This document shows, piece by piece, positions 58,618 to 64,000 of a DNA stretch of 64,000 bases; positions within the stretch are counted from its first letter, which is position 1; every line of letters starts with the position of its first letter. The translations under genes were made by a program, and so were the position numbers. This stretch comes from Candidatus Daviesbacteria bacterium RIFCSPHIGHO2_01_FULL_41_45. GTDB taxonomy: Bacteria; Patescibacteriota; Microgenomatia; Daviesbacterales; UBA10151. The notes under the pieces are model-generated. The model ran no database searches, was not told where the DNA came from, and saw only the letters and a list, made by a program, of their open reading frames with translations. The stretch is from the NCBI GenBank assembly GCA_001776975.1, contig MFCS01000025.1:37407-101406 (forward strand), written 5' to 3'.

Positions 58618-59187
58618 ATGGAAGTGGAATACCAGTACCCACAAGTCCAATCTCAAACTAGTCATGCTTCTAAGGACGCAGTTCAACTGGCTGCTTTTAG
58701 AGAGTTAGTGCATGGCCTTCAAATGATGTCCTCTAATTTAAAGCCGTTACTTTATAATTTTGCCTGGGCAGCAGGACAAATTGCAGGAGACCCAGATGCT
58801 CCAGCAAAAATAAGAGGAATGATGGAATTTGCAGCTGCTTACCATCAGTTTGGTCTAGAAACCGCAATGGATGCAATCGGAGACAATAATGGTGTTCGTG
58901 TAGATATTATGTCCGGACAAGATGGTAGAGATATAAGTTACAGACCAGGTATATTAGTTGGACTAGTTGGGGTTGAGCATTCTTTAGCAACAAGGAGAGT
59001 AGATTTTGATGGAGTAGCAATGATAGAAGATAACAGAGGAAGGGATAGGTTTATAGCAGTTACAATAAGTCCAAACGGATCTACTCAACTACATCGTGAG
59101 CAATATGATTTTCACAAACCTGATCTAATTTCCGATAAGCCAATAGAAGAAATTTTTCCTCCTACAACTAGATGTAAACCACTTTAA
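58618..59187 (+). CDS. Hypothetical protein
   Basis: 189-aa ORF with TGGTATAAT 7 nt before the ATG. Confidence 0.7.
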   Translation: MEVEYQYPQVQSQTSHASKDAVQLAAFRELVHGLQMMSSNLKPLLYNFAWAAGQIAGDPDAPAKIRGMMEFAAAYHQFGLETAMDAIGDNNGVRVDIMSGQDGRDISYRPGILVGLVGVEHSLATRRVDFDGVAMIEDNRGRDRFIAVTISPNGSTQLHREQYDFHKPDLISDKPIEEIFPPTTRCKPL

Positions 59188-59262
59188 AAATTACAACCTC
59201 GATACATCCACTGTAAATTAATTGGTATGGACAAATTTTATATCTTTAGTAAAATGGCACTA

Positions 59263-59592
59263 ATGGAAGCCGAGGCTATAAGAAGAATGGTTGATATTGT
59301 CTAACGAGCCGAACAGGATGGAATCCAACCAGAAAGATATATTCAGAAGATTATCCAAACAGCAATTAGATTGAGTAATCCTTTTGTAAGTCTAGGTGAT
59401 AAATTTGTAGTTTTGGGCTTTGATGGTTTTAATAGAACCATCTTCCCTTGTGGCTCGTTTAATTCCGCCGATGAGGCTCGTTCTTTTGCTATATCAAAAA
59501 CTCAAGAGGAACCCCAATACTCTGATGACCAAGTCCTGTCAACAACCTTCTATGCTTTCACAATCGAAGGAACCCACATTCCATTGGAATGA
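59263..59592 (+). pseudogene. Hypothetical gene interrupted by an in-frame TAA at 59302
   Basis: MEAEAIRRMVDIV*RAEQDGIQPERYIQKIIQTAIRLSNPF..., in frame with ORF 59371..59592; promoter immediately upstream of 59263. Confidence 0.6.
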
Positions 59593-59620
59593 GAGGACTC
59601 AAAAACAACCGGGATACTAG

Positions 59621-60151
59621 CTAATATAACTTGGGGTTTTTGAAGGGGATTAAAGCCAAGATCATGGCTTGTTCGTAATAAGTTGTCCTGGTAATAGTAT
59701 CATTTGTTAATATACCTACCGCACCATTTGCTTGTTTCGAATTAGTTCTACCAAAAACAATATCATCTGCCTCCCCTAATTCTTTACCTTGTTTAATTAA
59801 TTCAGTCACTTTTTTAGGCAGGTAAAACGATGCCGTCCGACCTTTCCCTATTTTACCATTTTTAGCTTTAACCACTATCCAAGCAAAGGCTTCCATCTCA
59901 CGACCTACTTCCTGCAAACCACCCTCTATCCCTACCCAGTAGTCAGAGGTGGGTTTTAATTTAGAAACGTTTTCTACTCTATTGATGGCTCCCTTTAATG
60001 TCTCCTCCTCACTTAGTGGTTGATCTGAAACATTTGACGGGGTAGATTCTCCTTCGATTTTAATCAACATTTCTGGGAACATCTTTGCAAATCCAATCTC
60101 AACAGCATTTATCTTCACTGGATTAGTTGACGCCACAAATACCTTTTTCAT
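59621..60151 (-). CDS. yjjX: Inosine/xanthosine triphosphatase
   Basis: ASTNPVKI, SDQP...ET..GA.NR, GIEGG, ELG, GAVGILT. Confidence 0.93.
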   Translation of the reverse strand: MKKVFVASTNPVKINAVEIGFAKMFPEMLIKIEGESTPSNVSDQPLSEEETLKGAINRVENVSKLKPTSDYWVGIEGGLQEVGREMEAFAWIVVKAKNGKIGKGRTASFYLPKKVTELIKQGKELGEADDIVFGRTNSKQANGAVGILTNDTITRTTYYEQAMILALIPFKNPKLY

Positions 60152-60158
60152 TTAATAA

Positions 60159-61175
60159 TTACTTCTTAAAAGCCTCAATAATATCTTTTTTAACTTCACC
60201 GGTACTTTTTCCTTGAAACTCAAATCCACAAGCATTAAAATGTCCCCCTCCAATACCCCCAATTTTAGACAGCTCCTCTGGTAGGTTTATTAAATTATTT
60301 TTGCTCCCCCGGCAAGAAACACTGACTCTGCCATGATTTTTTTCCCGAAGCACAATTCCTCGGTCATAACCCTCAATCGAGGTAGAGATTTCGCTATTAA
60401 AAATATTTTTTATCATTTTTTGTTGATCTTCATTAAATCCTGATTTTTTAATCTGCTCAAAAGACAGGTCTAAAAAAATAGTTTTTACCTCATCTGAAAA
60501 TTCTAAATTTTGAATAATCCAGGAAAGTAAAAATAAATAATCTTTAGATTTTGAGGAAAACATTTTGTGAATAAGAGTTTTATTATCTGCTCCAAGTTGG
60601 ATTAATTTTGCAGCCAACATCAATGTTTTATCAGTAAAGGCCCACTGAAAATTTCCAGTGTCTCCCATTATTGCGACATAAGCCAGGGTGGCTGTTTTAT
60701 CATCTAAAAAACTTGGGTTAACAACCTGATCAAGTAAAACCTCCATTGTTGATGAGGCTTGAGGATCATGAATAATTAATTTACCCAACTCCTCTGTCCT
60801 ACTTGAATGATGGTCTATATGAATCCTCTTGGGATAAATCTCTAAGTTAGGTGGATTCTCTTTTGTTTCATCAGTATCATAATATTGAGTTAAACTAGAT
60901 CCATCTAAAAATATTAGCGTATCAGCATTTCTTTTTGATAAAATTTCTCTGCTATCTTGTTCTATTATCTCATCAAAATATGGTAAAAAATTATTAGCCT
61001 GTTTTTCCTGCTCGGTTAGTTTTCTGGGGAACATTAACATAACTTCTTTATTTAAACTTTCCAGATATTTTTTCAAAACTAGTCCGCTACCAAGACAATC
61101 AAGATCCAATGGGTCAGAGGAGATTACCAGTATTTTCTGGTCTCCTTGGATATACTCCAGAAATTTATTATTCAT
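60159..61175 (-). CDS. DHH/DHHA1 phosphoesterase (NrnA-like)
   Basis: DLDCLGS, IDHH, DTGNF, GGGHFNACG. Confidence 0.88.
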   Translation of the reverse strand: MNNKFLEYIQGDQKILVISSDPLDLDCLGSGLVLKKYLESLNKEVMLMFPRKLTEQEKQANNFLPYFDEIIEQDSREILSKRNADTLIFLDGSSLTQYYDTDETKENPPNLEIYPKRIHIDHHSSRTEELGKLIIHDPQASSTMEVLLDQVVNPSFLDDKTATLAYVAIMGDTGNFQWAFTDKTLMLAAKLIQLGADNKTLIHKMFSSKSKDYLFLLSWIIQNLEFSDEVKTIFLDLSFEQIKKSGFNEDQQKMIKNIFNSEISTSIEGYDRGIVLREKNHGRVSVSCRGSKNNLINLPEELSKIGGIGGGHFNACGFEFQGKSTGEVKKDIIEAFKK

Positions 61176-61215
61176 ATTAGGTTATAATTGTAACAGAAGG
61201 AGGTGAGAAAATTAA

Positions 61216-61413
61216 ATGTGCTTAAATTGTGGGTGTAATATGATGAGTGATGATATGGGTAACCCTAAAAACCTCACCTTAAAAACGTTAGCGGAGGCAG
61301 CTGTGGCTGGAAATGATGGTAGCGCTCAGGATTTATTAAGTAAAACTAAGGAGGCTTTAAATAACCTATCGACTGAGGATCTACAAAAAGAGATTGACTT
61401 GCAAACTAGTTAG
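61216..61413 (+). CDS. Small Cys-rich hypothetical protein
   Basis: MCLNCGC; strong SD AAGGAGGTG. Confidence 0.75.
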   Translation: MCLNCGCNMMSDDMGNPKNLTLKTLAEAAVAGNDGSAQDLLSKTKEALNNLSTEDLQKEIDLQTS

Positions 61414-62000
61414 GACCTAAATTTTTGTCTGAACTCGTCAGCTGTAAGCCAGATGGGTTCAGGCAAATTTTGATACTTGGGATTTTTAACTGCCCTAATA
61501 TCCCCGCCTGTTTCTACTAAATAATAAGCTAGTCCTTGTTGTTTTTCTATTGGTTCGTAATCTGTTGGAGTATGACCTGTTCTCCAATTATCAAAAGAGA
61601 TTAGAGGCACACTGCCAACATTACTCCAAGAGTGACCCCAATTCGGATTAATTTCAATCTCATCTCCAGGTTTAGCTGTGATTAAGTAAACCTCCTCAAC
61701 CTCATCAAGCTGCAACTCTCCAGCAATCACTCTTTTTTTTTGCATCTGTAAAATACCCTCACCTGCAACCAGATGATAAACTTCCACTGGTACCCCATTT
61801 GGGTGATAGTGACCAAAAGTTTTGGGGAACTCCTGACCTAACTTTCCTGGAGCAATAACAGTACAATTCTCCCATCCATCAGCTGGCGGACTATTACTGA
61901 CCTCCTTAAATACCCAATAGACAGGATCAACCCCCTCAAGTTCTGGATCTTTTAAAACTAACTTCATCCCCGATAGCTCTCTCACCGATCCAAGTTTCAT
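61410..62000 (-). CDS. Cupin-type (archaeal-like) glucose-6-phosphate isomerase
   Basis: KTFGHYH, EVY....GEG, WGH..N; adjacent to zwf. Confidence 0.85.
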   Translation of the reverse strand: MKLGSVRELSGMKLVLKDPELEGVDPVYWVFKEVSNSPPADGWENCTVIAPGKLGQEFPKTFGHYHPNGVPVEVYHLVAGEGILQMQKKRVIAGELQLDEVEEVYLITAKPGDEIEINPNWGHSWSNVGSVPLISFDNWRTGHTPTDYEPIEKQQGLAYYLVETGGDIRAVKNPKYQNLPEPIWLTADEFRQKFRS

Positions 62001-62059
62001 TACACCATTAGTTTACCACTTAACATAACTGCCACAATAGTGTAGATTAATGGTTATCG

Positions 62060-63355
62060 ATGACTCAGCCTTTTACCCTAGTAATCTTTGGAGTAACTTC
62101 CAACCTAGCTCAAAAATATCTCCTCCCAGCTTTATATGACCTGGAAGATAAAGGCTTATTGCCAGATGGCTCACATATTATTGGTATTGCCAGGTCTCCC
62201 CAAAAAGAAGGTTGGATCCAAGAACACCTGCACCAAATCCTTCACAAAGAGAATCTTCATCACAAACATGAGATTAAAGACCAAATTAAAGAGTTATTAT
62301 TTACAAGACTACATTATCTTGATGGACACCTAGACAACCCCGATTTTTATCAAAAATTAAAAATTAAACTGGATGGGTTAAACTCCCAAAACATCATCTT
62401 CTATCTAGCAACTTACCCGGATTTATACCAGCCTATTTTTGAAAATCTGAAACTTTCTGGGTTAAGTAATTTAGCAGATGGGTTTGTCCGCTTGATGATT
62501 GAAAAACCTTTTGGAAGTAATCTTAAAACTGCTAAGCAATTAAATAAGACTCTCCATCAATATTTTAAAGAAGAACAAATTTATAGACTAGATCATTATT
62601 TAGGCAAAGAGGCTTTAAGAGATATTCTTAGCTTCCGCTTCGGATCCTCTTCAGTTGAATCAATCATCAACAAAGATCATATTGATCACATCCAGGTCAG
62701 CGCCACTGAGAATTTTGGGGTAGGTGAGCGGGGTGCATTTTATGATAAAGTAGGAGCCTTAAAAGACGTTGGTCAAAACCACTTATTACAAATGTTAACC
62801 GCTGCCACTATGGAAAAGCCGATAACCTTCACTAACGAAGAGGTTACTAAAGAACGGGTTAAAATTTTAAAAAAATTGCTTCCCCAAAAGGAAAATATAA
62901 TTTTTGGACAATATGAGGATTACACTGCAGAAAAAAATATCTCTCCTGATTCTTTAACCGAAACTTTTTTTGCGCTAAAAACTTTTATTAATAATGACCG
63001 TTACCAAAATGTACCCATTTATTTACGGGCGGGTAAGAAATTAGCTCAGACCTTAACTGAGGTGACGATCGTTTTTAAAGATAAAAAGAACCAGCCTCTC
63101 AGATACCACGTTCATTCTCAAAGAGATAATTTTTTAGTCCAAGATCCATACGAAGCGTTGATATTGGATGCCATCCGTGGTGACCAAACCTACTTTAATG
63201 ATGTACAAGAGGTTGAGGCTCAATGGGCTTTCACAGACCCCCTCTCTGCCGAGTCCGAGAAAGGCATACCTGTAATTTACCAACCAGGTTCTTGGGGTCC
63301 CCAAGAAGCGGATGAATTAATAGAACAAGACGGTAGACACTGGATTAATTTCTAA
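62060..63355 (+). CDS. zwf: Glucose-6-phosphate dehydrogenase
   Basis: IEKPFG, YRLDHYLGKE, DVGQNHLLQ, YQPGSWGP. Confidence 0.95.
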   Translation: MTQPFTLVIFGVTSNLAQKYLLPALYDLEDKGLLPDGSHIIGIARSPQKEGWIQEHLHQILHKENLHHKHEIKDQIKELLFTRLHYLDGHLDNPDFYQKLKIKLDGLNSQNIIFYLATYPDLYQPIFENLKLSGLSNLADGFVRLMIEKPFGSNLKTAKQLNKTLHQYFKEEQIYRLDHYLGKEALRDILSFRFGSSSVESIINKDHIDHIQVSATENFGVGERGAFYDKVGALKDVGQNHLLQMLTAATMEKPITFTNEEVTKERVKILKKLLPQKENIIFGQYEDYTAEKNISPDSLTETFFALKTFINNDRYQNVPIYLRAGKKLAQTLTEVTIVFKDKKNQPLRYHVHSQRDNFLVQDPYEALILDAIRGDQTYFNDVQEVEAQWAFTDPLSAESEKGIPVIYQPGSWGPQEADELIEQDGRHWINF

Positions 63356-63999
63356 GATTTCTTAACCGAATGTCCACCAAACTTACCCCGCATTGCTGAG
63401 ACAGCCCGGTTTCTAATGTTATCTGGGTCATGTACTGAGTGTACCCGCACCTGAAACGACTTATCAATCACCGGAGCATCGACATTTAATTCCTTAGCGG
63501 TTTTGATAGTCCACTCACCCTCACCGGTATGCCCAATAGTAGAGGAGTACTCTTGTAATTTTGGATCCTCTGCCACTGCTTCTTGCAACCAACCCACTAA
63601 GCGGGACTCCACCACCGAGCGTTTATTATAAAGCTCCATCACTTGAGATAAATTAAAATCAAAATTAGAGCTGTCTAGGATCATCGCGCCCTCCGCTATA
63701 GCCTCCATCATCCCATATTCAATACCATTATGAACCATCTTGGCAAAATGACCGGCTCCAACTTCTCCTAAGTGAGCATACGCCCCAGGAGCTGCTGCTA
63801 ACTTACACAGTTCTTCTACCTTCTCAAAGTCTTCTTTTTCTCCTCCAATCATCAAACAGGCTCCGTTTCTTGCCCCGCTAGGCCCCCCTGATGTGCCAAT
63901 ATCCATAAAATGAATACTCTTAGAACTCAACCTTTTATTTCTATCAAGCGTATCCTTGTAAAACGAGTTCCCGCCATCAATTATTAAGTCCCCTGGTGC
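63352..63999 (-). CDS. gnd: 6-phosphogluconate dehydrogenase (short form; 5' part outside window)
   Basis: IIDGGNS, DIGTSGG, GAGHFAKMVHNGIEY, GEGEW, FGGH; frame open to the window edge. Confidence 0.93.
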   Translation of the reverse strand, partial: APGDLIIDGGNSFYKDTLDRNKRLSSKSIHFMDIGTSGGPSGARNGACLMIGGEKEDFEKVEELCKLAAAPGAYAHLGEVGAGHFAKMVHNGIEYGMMEAIAEGAMILDSSNFDFNLSQVMELYNKRSVVESRLVGWLQEAVAEDPKLQEYSSTIGHTGEGEWTIKTAKELNVDAPVIDKSFQVRVHSVHDPDNIRNRAVSAMRGKFGGHSVKKS

Positions 64000-64000
64000 A

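Noticed and set aside
58468-58686. 72-aa minus-strand ORF as a protein antitoxin for the BECR gene
   Set aside because: It overlaps the + strand gene at 58618 and its promoter, spans the intergenic region between the two divergent genes, and has no recognisable antitoxin features; the BECR gene has its own leaderless promoter.
59302-59304. Stop-codon reassignment as the explanation for the internal TAA
   Set aside because: TAA, TAG and TGA all terminate conserved genes normally, and tRNA-Trp has a CCA anticodon.
1-64000. CRISPR array, cas genes, integrase, transposase or reverse transcriptase
   Set aside because: I found no regularly spaced repeats or diagnostic motifs by eye; the only direct repeats noticed are the tRNA fragments.

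Overview
This is an AT-rich bacterial chromosome segment using the standard genetic code (TGA stops, tRNA-Trp CCA). The gene set and the many leaderless starts suggest a Patescibacteria/CPR genome, probably Microgenomates; that assignment is an inference. The left ~5 kb is accessory and defence-like: two overlapping genes with Cap4/DUF4297-like endonuclease N-termini (one absent from the ORF track because it runs off the edge), an NYN RNase preceded by a structured, terminated small RNA, a Nudix gene, an ice-binding-protein remnant and an RHH regulator. The core contains a P-type ATPase, DEAD helicase, RRM protein, topoisomerase IB, dsbB/dsbA, rarA, cysS, dnaX-glyA-folD-ybaB-recR, rpsU-yqeY-ybeY, tig, proS, rpsB-tsf-frr-rseP, a pyrG-dcd-dcd/dut-Nudix-thyA-folA thymidylate cluster, mreB(pyrE)CD-mrdA-dprA-topA, def-fmt and rpmB. 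At 56.3-58.5 kb there is an unannotated ~156-nt rod-shaped ncRNA (6S-like candidate), tRNA-Thr(TGT), tRNA-Thr(GGT), rpmG and tRNA-Trp; tRNA-Thr(TGT) and tRNA-Trp carry partial duplications around small palindromic inserts. The same region holds a BECR/RelE-like nuclease gene facing a promoter-driven 63-nt tRNA-like RNA that ends in ACCA. The right end has yjjX, a DHH phosphoesterase, a cupin-type pgi, zwf and gnd. The best novelty candidates are the two RNase/small-RNA pairs and the tandem Cap4-like nuclease operon. All family calls are by motif recognition; no searches were run.
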